Of a DNA stretch of 64,000 bases, positions 49,895 through 64,000 are shown one piece after another (the first letter of the stretch is position 1; the number at the start of each line of letters is the position of its first letter). The notes beneath the pieces were generated by a model, which was not told the origin of the DNA, did not search any database, and saw nothing but the letters and a program-made list of their open reading frames with translations. The translations under genes and the position numbers were made by a program. The stretch is from Callorhinchus milii (taxonomy: Eukaryota), in assembly GCF_018977255.1 (NCBI RefSeq), contig NW_024704742.1, positions 12,650,001-12,714,000 on the forward strand, given 5' to 3'.

Positions 49895-51857
49895 ACATAG
49901 GAGGGAAGTGACCTAAAGCAGAGTTTTTAGCAGCAGTGCAGGACCTCAAAGAGGTACAATGGTGTGGAGGCATTGGAAAATTAGTTAAGAGGATTTTAAA
50001 GTTAATTCACTAGGAAATAGGGAGATATTTTCTTCAGCCACCATCAACTTATTAGAAATCTTATTAATCAGGATTTATTTGCTTCATTGTACAGTCCAGG
50101 TTCAATTTTCCATCATTTAAATTAAATTATTTTCTACATTGTGAATCCCATGCAGTGCTACCAAGTCAACTAAATACAGTAATTTTGCCTACAAAAATAC
50201 AGTCACTATATAGTAAATCAAGTGAAGCATTTTGAGACATCCTCCCAATACACTATATCAAATGCAAGGATTTTTATTATTGTATAGAAAGAAAGATATT
50301 CAGACCATTAAGGCAGTTCCTTGTGTACCTTCCCATTTATGGAGTATTCTGTCCTCCGAAAAAACAATGTCATTTAGAGAAGCTGTTTCATATCTGTTTC
50401 TCCTCCACCTTCAAGTCTTCCACTGGTCCCAGCAATACTGACTACCATGGCCATTGGTCTTCTGACCATTCATAACGCTGATATATATTAAATTTCTTTT
50501 CACTATTTTTTAAAAAATGGATACATGTAATTGGCTCGAGATTAACTACCGTATCTGCCAACCTTTTCCACATATCCATTATCCAAAACTTTGATCTCAC
50601 AAGAATTGCAAATTATGCATTTGTGCCTGACAAAACAACAACTTGCATTCATCTAGTGCATTTCACGGTAAGGCAACATCTCAGAGTACTTTACAGTGTG
50701 GTGAGTGGGCGTGACTACAGACAGTTGAAAAGATAAATTGAAGCTTTTAAAGACATAGTGGGGGAAGTGGAGGGATTTAAGGAGGTAGTTCCAAAGGGTA
50801 GGAGCACAGCAGCTGAAGATCAATAGTTGGGACGTGCGCAGCAGTTCTGAGTTTGTTAAGTGGAAGGGGTGAGGCTGGAGAAAGTCACTGAAGTAATGAA
50901 GGAATTTGTAGGTGAAAGTGAGGATCTTAAAGTTGACCTAATGGGAGACAGAGCTGCCTCTGAGCCTAAGGAAGTCAACCATTTCTTCATAATAACAGGA
51001 TTTGAATGATGCAATTTTGATTTTCTGGTAAGAAAATCGGGATTCACAACCAAATTTTGTATTAAGGAAATCCCCATTACAGTGTAATAATTGGTTACTC
51101 CTGCAGTTTGTTTACATCTGTTTCATCTATATTTCTCTACATTGTGAAGGTGCCTCATAACTTCTTGCAGAGTGCTAAGTATTCATTTTGGTTTGAGATT
51201 ATTTATTTTGATGTATGGTACTCTTAAAATTAAACATTGCTTCATATATTTAAATAGATTTTCACATATTTGTCATGAATGCCATGTACAATTTCATTAG
51301 TTGGCAGGACTGAGAACCAGGCAATTAACTACCCCTTGTTATTTTCCAATGTCATCTGAATTGGCTGGGGAAGTACTGTTAGTAGAACACAGTATCTTCA
51401 AAAAAGATAGCAGAAGCATAGAAAGAATTAGGAGGTGTCTTGTCAGTCAGTTAGGATTGAAAAGTGGAGTTGAATGAATGTCGTTGAATGAATATTCTGG
51501 AGTTTTTCATTGATAACCCTTGGGAATCAGCAGATGTAATGGGGTAAAGCCTATGCTTTATGCATTATGTTAAATATATCACCCAGATATGTAATGATAA
51601 TAATCCTTGCATTTGATATAGCGCCTTATCACATCGTTGAGACATTTCAAATCACTTCACAGAATATATTATAAAGTGTGTTGTCTGTGTATTTTATGGG
51701 CGAAATTTAAGCTCACAAAACACACAGTAATTTGTACTGTGTATTTTGATAGACAGAATAAGTATAAGCAATGTAATTTGAAATTAGCAGAATCTGTACA
51801 GAATTAACACAGAACCTTATGTTAACTTTCTGGACCAGAGCTGTAGTACAGTCGAGG

Positions 51858-52444
51858 AAATATTTTTTTTTGGTTAGCTGGGTGTCTGTCACATGCAGAA
51901 ACCCATCACCTTGCTTAAGAGTATCCAAACCGAGTTGAGATTTCCATGTATCTCACCTACATATGGAAATCTCAGAGATAGACTGTTGGAACGGTATGCA
52001 CATTGTCTCCCTGGATGGATGTATCCTACTTATCTAATTAAAAGTATTAGGCACAGGTTGGCAAGAGCCAAGGCTTGGATACCCCAGAGTGCGTTTGGGG
52101 TACTGCTGGAGTTTAACCAGCTCAAACCACATAGCTTGCCAATGATATCGCTGTCTGGCAAGCTTACCCATTGCTAGTCCAGCTATGACTACTATACCTG
52201 TTAGGGCTTTGGCTTGCAGGGTTAACGACCTAAGCGGGATAACTCCAGCCCCCAGTGACTGGTCTGCCCTTCCAGGTCCTGCCGGTGAGCCAGGCTGGGC
52301 TGTGCTGTCATCAGCAGTGCCCTGGAGCACTGAGGACCCGCTTAGCTCAGGAACCGGACTGGAGACCACCACAGAGGTTTGGCTCAATTCTGACATTGCA
52401 TTGTCAAACGTTCCCTTGGGAGCAGTGCAGCTCCAGGAAGATCC
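51858..52444. repeat. Unclassified ~580-bp interspersed repeat, copy A
   Basis: Colinear reverse-complement match to 58490-59076. Partial copies at ~17295-17580, 37125-37285 and 39660-39785. Confidence 0.8.
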
Positions 52445-52951
<507 letters not shown>

Positions 52952-55900
52952 TGAGTAGCCTCGACCCCGGGGAGGGCGCTTCAACTTTCTTTATCTCTTG
53001 TCCCCTCTTTCCCTTCTCCACACGTTTTTTTCCCCTAATGGGGGGGGAGGGACTCACTGAGCCTGAACCGACCCTCCTTCCAATCCCACTTGTTGGTTCA
53101 CCGGTTCGTCTCAGTATCGTGGCCTCACAGGCCAAAGGGAGTGGGGGAGTGATGGAGAGGAGGGAGCCGCTGCCCGCACTGGACTGGGGTCGAAGGGAAA
53201 GGGATAAGCCCACTCCAAGGCTGGGAGTATCGGCTATTCTTTGCTGCTGTGGTGGCGAGAGAGGAGAGGAGGGTGGGGGTGGGGGGGTGAGAGCAGGAGG
53301 TGAGGCCGTTGTGTTAGTCGAATGGGGCCGACCTCTCCCTCTGTTTTGTCTTTCTTGCTCCTCGCCCACAGGCCCAGGCCAGTGTGGGGCCGGGCCGGCG
53401 AATGGCGGCTGCTGTACGGCTCAGGAGCGAGCGACGTCGCCCGTGAGAGGCCGCCGTCTCTGCTTTTCATTTCCAGTTTCATTCATTCATTCGTCCGCAG
53501 AGCCGACAGTCAGACAGACAGCGTGATATGTTGTGTTCTCTCTCTCTCTATATATGTATATATACACATATTTATATTTAATATTTATATAAAATCCTCT
53601 CCGAGTTATACGTTGGTGCTTTTATGGGGTTTGTTTTATACAATGAAAATCACTCCCCCTGTGAGCACCCTGAACACGAGCGGAGTCATGTCGCATCCAT
53701 TTTGGAGGTGGAAAATATGGTTTAACTGGAGTTAAGAGTTAAAACCGTGCACTTGTTTTTGAAGTGTTTATCTCTCCCCCCCCCCATTAAGAGCTATTCT
53801 CCCCGCTTCTCCCACCCCACATACTCTACCAATTAAATCGTTTTATGGCTAACTTTGCTGATACGTCAAGCACGCCTTGAAACCTTCAAAAGTCTGATCC
53901 TAATGCATTTTTATCGAGAAATAATATTTGTACGTACTATATTTCGAACAACGCAGTGTGGAAGCAATGCTCTTCATTTAATAATTAGACAGTGTCCATT
54001 TGACTAAGTACGTAGGTTGGCGACTGTTGCTAGCGCGATGTGAGAATCTGCCAAAAATGTTTGTCGTTTGAATCACATGTGAGAGAATAGTCGCTTTACT
54101 TTTTTAGCTGCCGTTCATCAAAAGCTATTAGTCATCTTCATGCGGCTTAAAAAAAACTGGCATCGCTCCTGCACGCAGTTCCTGCCTGGAAGTTGGAACT
54201 GACGTTTGCTGTCACTCTGGTGGTTTCCAAGTATCCTGAGCCAATTGGAATTCAACAGTACAAAATCGCATCGTTTTAATACAGAATAACGTTTTCGCTC
54301 CTTTACCACTCGATTCCAAACTGCATTTCTCCTACATTAATCAATGCCACCCTAGTACCCATCAGGTTTCAATTTTTTTGCTGACCCTAAATTAGCAAGC
54401 TATGAAATCGTCCATTCAAGATACCTAGGATAGCTCTTGCCTATAATCTACCATATACACTCCCGTTATTTCAGCAATGCATTCACCCAGTTCCCTTTCA
54501 CTTGTGGAGGATGCTTGGCATCCAAGGTTTGTCTATCAGGATCTGAGTATCCCTGTGGAAGTCAAAAAGTTGCTCTTAAAAATGCTCTGCTTGGTTTCAG
54601 CCTACAGCATCAGTGAAAGCTACACATGAGTTGTCTGGCATTTGGCTTGGGTGATCTTTCCTTTTGATCATCAGTTCTGATATTAAGTGTTCTCTCATTT
54701 AAAAAAAAAACTTCAGAATTTTCCAGTAATGTCTTGAAGCTGTTCAAACTTGTCCCCGTTTTGCCTGAAAAATGTTGTTAACTAGGGCAATAGTTGTGAG
54801 TTAAGAAGAGATTTATGGTGCATCAAACAAATCCTACACAAGAAAACAGATTGTAAAAAATGCCCTGGTGATGAATCTCGTAGTGCAGGAACAACTTGCA
54901 TTTATGTAGAACAATTTGACAGAGCCCAGACCTTAGCCCAGAGCTTTTATCAGGCAGGGTTGCTATTGCCAAAAAGCGAAGATACTTGACTAATTCCACT
55001 GCTGTCTGTGCTTGAAGCAGTTTGTTCTAGGAGAAAGCTTTATCCTGATGCTGAGCAGCACAAATGACACCTTCAATTGATATTCCAATAGACTGATACA
55101 GGATAAAATCTTCATTCATCTTGTCTGAATAATCAGCAATTCTTGGACACCTGCAGGACCCAGTGAAAGCATATTACTTGGCACCAGCAATGAAGCAAAG
55201 GCAGCAGTAGAGAATCCTCTGAAATGGCACCACTTTATCTTGAAGTCAGTTGTCAAAACTCTCCTCCAATGGCAAGTAACTATCTGGTACCCAATGGTGC
55301 CCTATAGATTGAACCTCCTTCTTTGTAGAATTCTGACAATGCCTTGGCAGTGACGTTTGCATTTGATATTATACCTTATCACCTTGTGAAGACAACTCTG
55401 AGTGCTTCCCGGGTTTTATTCAAGGGGATAGCAGGTCTTCAACTTATTATTGACCTGGTTTCTATCTTTCACATGCACCTGTATGGCAACCTCTTTATTT
55501 TCCCCCTCCAGTCAAAGGCCAATTGGCTACCAAACATTTCATCCTAACTGAGGTCAGGATTCATTCAGGATTTCTCAGCAGTGTCTGTTAACCTTAGCAG
55601 GAATTGTTGTTCCCTTTGTACAACTGCTAAAATCTACGGACAGAGTGAGGTAAGAGGCTTCTACTAGTTGTCAGGGTAGATTAGATTTGGTGGCCAAAAA
55701 CACAGCAAGGGGTGAGGGCAAGGGAGCGAACGAGCAAATAGAAAAAAAACTATGGTGGCATTCCAGAGAGTAAAGACAGAACACCTGAAGGCATGCCCAC
55801 CATCGGTGGGTTAAACTGGGGTTCTGAAGTGGATTAATATTTACTGAGTACAGGCCAGAGTAGTATTTGCAGAGATGGGGTGGGGCAAGGCCATGGAGGT

Positions 55901-56270
55901 ATTTAAATGTGAGGATGAGAATTTTGAAATCTTATCCACTGAGAGATGGGGTAACTGGGGCAACAGGGTGGGTAGGTGGGGTGTCCAGAGGATGGGGGTA
56001 GAGGTGGGTGGAGCTGACAGAAGAATAAGGACATGTACTGCAGAGAGCTGCATTTCAGTAGGCGAGTCTGGAGATTAAGATATGGAAGAGACCCTCCACA
56101 ACCTTGAAGGGGGTAGTAGCAGAGGTGAGGGAAAGCAGAGCTAGGGGCTTGGATCCACAACCTTGTAGAGCCCAAAAGATGAAGGCCCCGCCATAAAGAG
56201 ATCGAGATCTTCAAAGTTTTAAAAGCAGAGAAGGATAGAGGCTTTTCAGAAAATTTCAGAGTGTGCGGGC

Positions 56271-57130
56271 CAACAACAAGAAGTTACATTTGTATAGGTA
56301 TATTGTATACGTTTCACGTCAAGAGGACATCCCAACTTGCTCGACAATCAGGCATCTGCACCCGAGCTGGTGGTTGGGAACGAGAGATGGAGGGAGGGTA
56401 GGGGTAGGAGGATGCTGAAGGCATGGTCGAAGAGGAGGGTCTTGAAGAGGGAAGGGAGGGGTCGAAGCAGAGAGACTGGGAGTGGAGTTCCAGAGGGTGG
56501 GGACAGAGAGGCTGAGGGGCAGGCAAGGTGGGGGAAGCGAAGCAGGTCGGAGCCCACTGAGCAGAGGGAGCAGACAGGTTGGAGGTCACAGAAGTAGGGA
56601 GGAGCAAGGCCGTGGAGGGCTTTGAAGGTGAAGACCAGGTTCTTGAACTGTATGCTCTGAGTGATGGGGAGCCAGTGGAGCTGGGCAAGTCTGGGGGTGA
56701 TAGGGTCACGGACCCTGGTGCCGGACAGTTATGGATGGTCTGCAGCCTGTGGAGGGAGGAGTTGGGGTGGCAAGCCGACAAGCAGGGAGTTTGTGTAGTC
56801 GATCCTGGATGTGATGAATGCATGGATGAGAGCCTTGGCCACCTGTGGTGAGAGACAGTAGCGGAGCTGAGCAGTGTTACAGAGGTGAGGAAAGGCAGAG
56901 CGGGTCATGGCTCGGATGTGGGGGCTAAAGGACAGTTGAGGGTTGAACAGGATGATGAGGTTCTGTATTGGCTTTGTGAGGTGTAGGTGCATCCATGAAG
57001 GGTGATGCTGTCATGGCTAGCGTTGGTAGACCTGAGGGATTGGGTTGCAGGAGATGGCAGAGGAACGATGGGGCATTTGAAGGCAAGGATGAAGATTGAA
57101 GTCTGATGAAGGTTAGGGAGTGGGGCAAAG
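56271..57130 (-). mobile_element. L2 LINE 3' fragment in HSPA4L intron 1
   Basis: (CAA)n tail; LIHAFITSRIDYTNSLLVGLP. Confidence 0.85.
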
Positions 57131-58489
57131 ATGGGGTTTACGAGCTTATTACAGGAGAGGATGTGGACTGGATGGTCGGGGTTCTGTGATCTAGATCACG
57201 TGGAGGATGTAGCTGCGTGTTGGAAGAAATCTGTGTTCAATAATGTGCAGTTTGGTTTTAGCCAATTACCTTACCCTTGCTTTCCCTCTTGCCAACCTGT
57301 GCTTAAGCCAGCTTTTCTCAAATGTGGCCACCCATCAGATTTTTGTATGACCACAGCAGCCCCTGGCCTAGGAGGGGGGGCGGGGGGGTGAAGCGCACTT
57401 CATTCCAGGCATAGCTTTTGACATATAGGACCTGTGTGCAAACAGTCCTCGTTTATGGATCCGAGCTCCTGGGAATACAGCAGGGAGGTTTCCTCTGACC
57501 CATTTATAAAGTCCAGGATCACGCAGTGAGGTGGATTTGTGGCAAACATAGGAAGCGGCTGCAGGAAGAAAGGACTCCGGCCTACACTGACCTGTCACTA
57601 AGCACCCTGGAGGTGAGGTAGGTTTCACAGAAGGCACGTCTATTTGCCAAGGCCCTTGCATGAAACTTGGATTAAGCAGCTGGTGCTGAGTAAGCATTGG
57701 ACTTGAACCTCGAGAACATCAAGGTGGCTGGCACATCACAAGTTGTCCTGCAAAGGATCTCCCACCACGCTGAAGGCAGATGTTTGCTAGACAGTTGATG
57801 AGGAATCTCTGAGGTTTGGGGCGACAGCTGCTGGAAGGCATTACCAGGAGTCTTGAGTTTGTGAACACACGTTTGTAAGTCCAGCACTTGTAATCCACCT
57901 TGATTGGCTTGCAGAGAGGTAAGCAGCAGCTGCTTAAACTCTGCACTAGTAACTGACGGAACCATCGCTCAATGGGAAGTTGCATATGCCCAAGCTGCGG
58001 AGGAAGATAATAATAATAACCTTGCATTTGATATAGCGCCTTATCACGTCTTCGAGATGTCCCAAAGCACTTCACAGGATATACCGTAAAGTGAATTGAC
58101 TGTATTTTGTGGGCGAAACACGGCAGCCAATTGCGCAAAGAAGTGTCCCACAAACAGTCGTGGATTGAGTGACCACATTAATTTTTTTTGAAGGGTTTAT
58201 TATATGTTTATCTCTATACATTTCACGCACAGTACAATGGGGAGAGAATAGAGAGACTTAGAGTGCAACAGGAGAGTGAGAGAGTCACAGAGAATAAAGA
58301 GAGACAGTCACACAGTATATAATGGGACTCACAGAGTAGAGAGATGGTGGCAATGCTCTCACACCTTTCATGCTGAGCTGTGTTGCCACTGGGAAGCTCG
58401 CAGGGAGTTCCTGGTACCTACCATCCACCAAGTGAGGGCACAAACCCGTGCTTGTCAGATGACCAATTAGTGACAAGTGGGGAGGTAAC

Positions 58490-59076
58490 CGGGGTCTCCT
58501 TGGAGCTGAGCTGAACTGACTCCAGGAGAATGTTTGTCAACGGAATGTCGGAATATAGCCTCTGGTGGTCTTGGTAGTCTGGTTCCTGAGCCAGGAGGGT
58601 CTACAGTACTCCAGGGTACAGCTGATGACAGCACAGCCAGCCTGGCTCATCTGCAAGACTTAGAAGGGCAGACCAATCACTGAGTGCAGGGATTCTTCCC
58701 CCTCAGCTCCTGTTAAACCTGCAAGCCAAAGCCCTAATGAGTAGGTGGTCCTAGCTGGACAAGCAGTAGGAAAGCTTGCCAGACAGTGCTATCAATGGCA
58801 AGCTATGCGGTTTTAGCTGGTTAGACTCCAGCAATACCCCCAACGTACATTCTGTGGTCCCCAAGCCTTGGCTCTTGCCAATCTGCATCTAATATTTCCG
58901 GAATTAGGTAAACAGGATGCATTCCTGCAGCGAGAGAGTACACATTCCGTTCCAACAATCTATTTCTGGGATTTCCATGTGTAAATGGGTTACATGAACC
59001 TCTCAGTTTGGTTTGGATACTCTTAAGCATTAAACATGTGTCCGGCATCCAGGTGATCAAAGCAAAGAAAAAAAAA
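58490..59076. repeat. Unclassified ~580-bp interspersed repeat, copy B (inverted relative to A)
   Basis: Shared blocks such as ggtttggatactcttaagca, ccaagccttggctcttgcca and cctgcaagccaaagccctaa. A-rich end at 59060-59076. Confidence 0.8.
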
Positions 59077-59515
59077 TTCCAGACATAGTATGGGACACTC
59101 AGGTTTGATTTGCAAATTTATTAGGCTAACCCCCCCATCTCTGTCTTTCTCTTTTCTCTATCTCCCCTTCCTCCCAAAAAAAACTCACCAATGTGCATTT
59201 TTCATACCCACTTGCTTTTATATAATAATAATCCTTGTATTTGATACAGAGCTTTATCCCGTCTCAAAGCGCTTCACAGAATGTACTGTAAAGTGAATTG
59301 ACTGGTTACTTGTAGGCAAATTTTGGGATTCGCAACTATTTGGCAGCAGATCACAAATTTGTGGATCTAAAGAACCATCAGCAGAAAGTACTCATTTCAC
59401 TTTAAATGTGCCCTCCACCCTCCTCGATCCCGACCCCCAGCTCGGGTCTGAAACACCTTGGAATGTCCTCCTAGTATGATAGGCGCTATACAAATGTAAT
59501 TTTGTTGTGAAGGTT

Positions 59516-59835
59516 TAATAATAATAATAATGATCCTTGCATTTGATATAGCGCTTTTTCACTTCTTCTAGACATCCCAAAGCGCTTCACAGAATATACT
59601 GTAAAGTGAATTGACTATATATTTGTGGGCGAACGCAGCAGCCAATTGTGCATAGCAATGTCCCACACACAGTCATCGATTGAAAATGACCAATTTATCA
59701 TTTTGTTTTTTTTGGAGGGATTATTATTAGGTGTGTGGAGTAAGGAAACTTGCCCAAGGTTTCGCCCTGCTGGGAATTGAACCCAGGTCTCTCGCTTGCA
59801 AGGCGAGTGCTCTAACCACTGAGCTACAGGACTCC
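59516..59835 (-). mobile_element. tRNA-derived SINE
   Basis: Full-length reverse copy. Confidence 0.9.
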
Positions 59836-60192
59836 ACATTGTTTAGGATTTTATGCTAGATTTTGGTTGAGGTAAAAATGGAAGGAGTTCCTGATATGGA
59901 TATAGCCTCCCTCCTTATTTCTTCTTCTCCCTCCAAAAAAACTATTGTACACAAACTCACAGAATTTAATATTATTTGAATCAAATACTGACCCTACTGC
60001 TCCCTTCGCTCAGCAAGAACTGGCCTGCTTCACTTCTCCGCCTGAATGTAGCTGCCCCACCATTGGGGGTCGGGCTTTCAGCCAATCCGCCCCTACTCTC
60101 TGGAAACCCCATCCCAGAATCCCTCCATCTCACTCCGTCCCTCACATCGTTTAACATTTGTCTTGCACAACCTGATGTATATTATAAATTTA

Positions 60193-60368
60193 CGGTGAAC
60201 TCCTGGTAACTCATCACTCCAAGGGAAAAGGGCTCTCTGATGAGTTATCTGGAGTGGCGAGTTATGCATTTGTATAAACCATAAAGAAATGCAGCTGGGA
60301 TATTGACAGCATGATGACTTAAGTGGTAGTGCAAGTTAAGCCAGGGTCAAGTTACCAGGAGTTTACTG
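60193..60368. mobile_element. Tc1/mariner (Tigger/pogo-like) MITE
   Basis: TA|CGGTGAACTCCTGGTAACT ... AGTTACCAGGAGTTTACTG|TA. 17/19-bp TIR, TA target duplication, internal subterminal repeat. Confidence 0.8.
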
Positions 60369-61276
60369 TATATTTGTATTTTTAGTATATATAATAGAGC
60401 TCCATCTGCCTGTTCAAATGGATGTTTTAAAGATTTAATGCACTACAGTATTTGAAAAGAGAATGGTCTTTTTCTCCCTACCCCTCACCAGCAGGTTCCT
60501 GGCCAACAATACCCCAGATAAAATTGGTCATTCACTTCACGGCTGTTTGTGGGACATTGTTGTGCACAATTGGATGACGCATTGGCCCACAAAACCCAAT
60601 CACTGCACTTTTAACTATATCCTGTGAAACACTTTGGGATGTCTTCCCAATGTAAAAGGTACTATGCTAAATATTACTTAAAGTGGAAGCTGCTTTAGCC
60701 GGACAAAACGCTTGGCCGATTTGGGATTGTCAAGTCTGGAGCCGCTTGTCAATTACCTTGGAGCCACCGCTAATTGGTCCCTTTCCCGTCCAATGGGAAC
60801 ATCAATGGGTGGGAGGAGGTGTCTCCGCCGCTTCTCTGCTGGGGAAGGGAACTTCAGTTAACCTCGGACACCGCTTAAGTCGAACAAAACCACTTGCCCC
60901 GATATGCTTGGCTTAAGCAGCTTTCACTGTATTACGTTTTTCACTATGCTTTTGGTTGCGTTTCCCCTCCCCCAGCCACCTTCATGACTTCTCCACCCAG
61001 TTCTGGTGCTCAGTCAGGATTGTTAAGTGCCTTGGGATGCCCTTCCAATGTGAAAGACTATTTAATCCAAGGAAGTTTTTTGTGCAGGCCTTGAAATACC
61101 AAGTTTTCATATGTTTAAAAATGATGAATTAACTAGTCATGTAGTTTGGTTTTGAGAACAATGTACAGAAAACTGATAGGTTGTTAAAAATACTATAGGG
61201 TTTTAAAATCTTCAAACAGGCTCTTAACATTGCACATAGGTATTAAACAATATATAACATTTGTGTTTTACTGCAG

Positions 61277-61334
61277 GTCTTGTGTATCACTGGGAGCTAA
61301 GAACCGTGCTGTTGGAGCTGCTGCCAAAACTCAG
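61277..61334 (+). CDS. HSPA4L: HSPA4L exon 2 (58 nt)
   Basis: ctgcag|g...cag|gtaaag. SCVSLGAKNRAVGAAAKTQ. Confidence 0.92.
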
Positions 61335-62031
61335 GTAAAGAAAAATGCGGCATTGTGCTTAGATGCCAACTTAACGTTTAGAAGTAGCACCATAACTGCA
61401 GTTACTTGACATCCTTCAGATTTGTTTTCAGTAAAATCAAGTGAATTTCCCAGAAATGTAGGTGAGGGTTAAACTCTTACAGTGCCCCAAAAGAGAATTT
61501 GATATTTCAAGGAAAGTATTGAAAGCTCTGTTTGTTTGAACTCCGAAAGTCAGTCATTTATTTTGTCCTCAAAATACATATTATCAACTTTACAGTATAT
61601 TCTGTGAAGCGCGTTGTGACGTCTTGAGACATGATAAGGAGCTATATATCAAATGCAAGATTATTATTCTATTTGATGCAGAAAATGTGATGTATACAGT
61701 TAAAAAGAATTTATCCGCCAACCACAATTATTCCAGCATTCCTGCCTCTCTCCACATTTCCTCAGTAACTAATCCCTCCCCAAAAAAAATTTGGGTCACT
61801 TAATCCATGACCATTTGTGGGACACTGCTATGCACAATTGGCTGCTGTGTTTCACCCACAAAATACAGTCAATCAACTTTATAATATATTCTGTGAAATG
61901 ATTTGAGACGTCTCAATGCCGTGATAACGTGCTATATCAAATGCAAGGATTATTATTATAAAAAAACTAATAGTTAATGAATAGTGATGGTACAGTTCTC
62001 CATTTGACTGCCTTTCAGTGTAAGCTTAGAC

Positions 62032-62472
62032 CAGGTAGTCCAACTTGGTGGCCTTTAGGCCGCATCCAGCCAGGGGATTGATTGCTTCTGGTCAGCCAAC
62101 CATTTCTGCACCCAGTACCGGTGGCTCCGTTATTCAGTCACTGCACCACTCCCATTGTCTGGGTTGCCCATAATCAATGGGCCCGGCCCTCAATCTCTAT
62201 ACCCGGGTGCTCAATTTCAGTATCAGCAATCCCACTCGCCATGCTCCTTGTCCCCATGCCGGTGCTACCACATCACGTTGTTGAGTGGCAGCCACCTGGG
62301 CCCTAGCACCCGCCTGTACTTGATGCCTTGCAATTCCATAGATTCCATTTGCTGAGTTGATATTTTACAGTTTGTTTATGGATGGGAAACACAAAAATAT
62401 TGCTTATGTGGTGCAGGGACAATTCTCAAATCTGGCATCTGGCCCTCAGCAGCCAAAAGGTTGCACCCCCCG
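62032..62472. mobile_element. hAT-like non-autonomous DNA transposon (decayed)
   Basis: Begins caggtagtccaact...ggccgcatccagcc and ends tggccctc...aaaaggttgcacccccc, resembling hAT-Charlie MITE termini. TSD is degenerate. Confidence 0.5.
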
Positions 62473-63055
62473 GCGTACAATGTGAGCTCAAAGTCTTGAC
62501 TTCAACCAACAACCTTCTGAGTTGGAGACTGGTGCTTATAACTGGGCCGATTGACGCCTATCTCTTAAAATTATTTAATGTGTTTGCCAAGTAGATCTTA
62601 ATTTGCTTCCTGGTAACTGAGTTTTAAGTGTGCTATAATTTAAGTATGTCGGTAAACTGAGTTATGCTAGGCTCTTTCCAAATCTCCAGAGTTTCTCCTG
62701 AAATTACTCATGCCTTTCTAAACCTCCAGAGTTTCTCGAACTAAGCAATCTTGCAGAAATCATTAAAATCTGTACTAATTTTACTTTCCAACTCCTTTCA
62801 GACTTGTGAATGCAGGCTGTCTAGATCAGGTATTTCGTAATGATTCCTCTTGCAAGGAACAAGCCCAACTAAGTTCTTCCTTGTGTTGAGAGGAGCATCT
62901 CCCAATATTGCGAAGGTTAACTTTTCTTGTAATGTGGGTGGAGTTCACCTTTCCCATATAATTTAACCATTTAACTCTTCTGTTAAATAGTGTAGCTGTG
63001 GAACGTGTCTTCCTTTGTTTTAGATTTTTGAACTAAATCGTTATTCTGGCCACAG

Positions 63056-63196
63056 ATCGTGAGTAATGCAAAGAATACTATTCAAGGATTTAAGCGAATG
63101 CATGGAAGGACTTTTGAAGACCCATTTCTGCAGACTGAAAAGAACAAACTGTCATATGAGCTTCAGAAAATGCCGAGCGGTGGCGTTGGAATTAAA
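63056..63196 (+). CDS. HSPA4L: HSPA4L exon 3 (141 nt); the gene continues beyond the window
   Basis: cacag|atc...aaa|gtaagt. IVSNAKNTIQGFKRMHGRTFEDPFLQTEKNKLSYELQKMPSGGVGIK. Confidence 0.92.
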
Positions 63197-64000
63197 GTAA
63201 GTTCTTCCCCAGGCAATGTACCATTTATAATACATTTGTTGGATTTAAACGTGTTATATGAATAAATGCTTCTTGAACATTTCATGGCTTCAGGCTGTTT
63301 ACCATTCCATCATGCTTCCTTTCAACCCCTTCCCCTTAATTCTCACTGCAATATTAATCCTGCTGTTTTATTTAGATCTTCAGTTTTCATTCCAAAATAC
63401 TTATAAGATCTTGTTTTTCATGATATTAGCCAAGTATCATTGAAAGAATTGGATGCTAATTGGATTACTTCATTGTGTTTAAAGCAGCTTCAGATGTCCC
63501 TGCCCTTTTTAATCTCTGATTTACTTTCCGCTTGAAGAATCTACTATGGGCAAAATGAAAATTGTCATTCCAGGCACCATTGTCATAATTGTTTATCTAA
63601 GTCCATTAGAACATCTATTGATGATAAAGGGACCTTGGTGGAATAATTGTGGCTGGTGGATACATTCTACACTCAAGAGATTTTTGTAGTCTGAAAAGTC
63701 CCAGCTGTAGCTTCCTGATGAGACTGTTTTGAATAGCCATAAGCAAAGTCTTGCTCCTAGATTCATTTCACATTTCCTCAGTGGTCCTTTATGTGAATTG
63801 AAGGTCTAATTATTTCAGCACAATAGCTTTGTCCAATTGAATGCCATGGTTCTGGGCAAGTAAATTTGGCTTTGAACAGACCACATGGCAGTATGTCAAC
63901 AAATTAAGTAGGACTGTCCTCAAGTGCAGAGTGCAGCATTATTTGAAAATAAGAGATTTTCTCTTGATGTCCTGGCTAAGAATTCTGCAAATGAAGTTGG

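Noticed and set aside
57350..58000. Possible decayed Tx1/L1-like coding fragment (minus-strand GGLQVLDL); similar vague RT-like relics at ~27000-27660 and ~54500-55350
   Set aside because: Too degenerate to assign a family or boundaries without a database search.
63700..63745. CTGATGAG suggestive of a hammerhead ribozyme
   Set aside because: No properly placed GAAA or closing stems were found.

Overview
Eukaryotic (vertebrate) genomic DNA. The repeat landscape (abundant L2 and CR1 LINEs, Deu-domain tRNA-SINEs, Penelope-like tails) suggests a cartilaginous fish, possibly a chimaera; this is inferred, not proven. Three spliced genes lie on the + strand in the order known from the human 4q28 block. 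First, the last 9 coding exons of INTU (inturned; 914-15231). Second, a complete 6-exon SLC25A31/ANT4 ADP/ATP translocase (23197-43676, 301 aa). Third, the first 3 coding exons of HSPA4L (HSP110 family; 52844-63196). All splice sites are GT-AG and the reading frames join correctly. Most long ORFs in the ORF track are LINE remnants or low-complexity artefacts. Notable points: (1) an intact ANT4 with short termini and RRRLMM in place of the RRRMMM signature; (2) ANT4 exon 1 sits between a ~1.25-kb G-tract minisatellite and a (CCCAGC)n tract; (3) two antisense solo LTRs nested in LINEs in ANT4 intron 3; (4) a composite tRNA/CORE-like/Deu/L2-tail SINE with compensatory changes in its tail stem; (5) a tail-to-tail L2 hairpin in an INTU intron; (6) an unclassified ~580-bp repeat abutting the HSPA4L promoter. 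I found no prokaryote-type system (CRISPR, defence island, etc.) and no wholly new protein-coding system.
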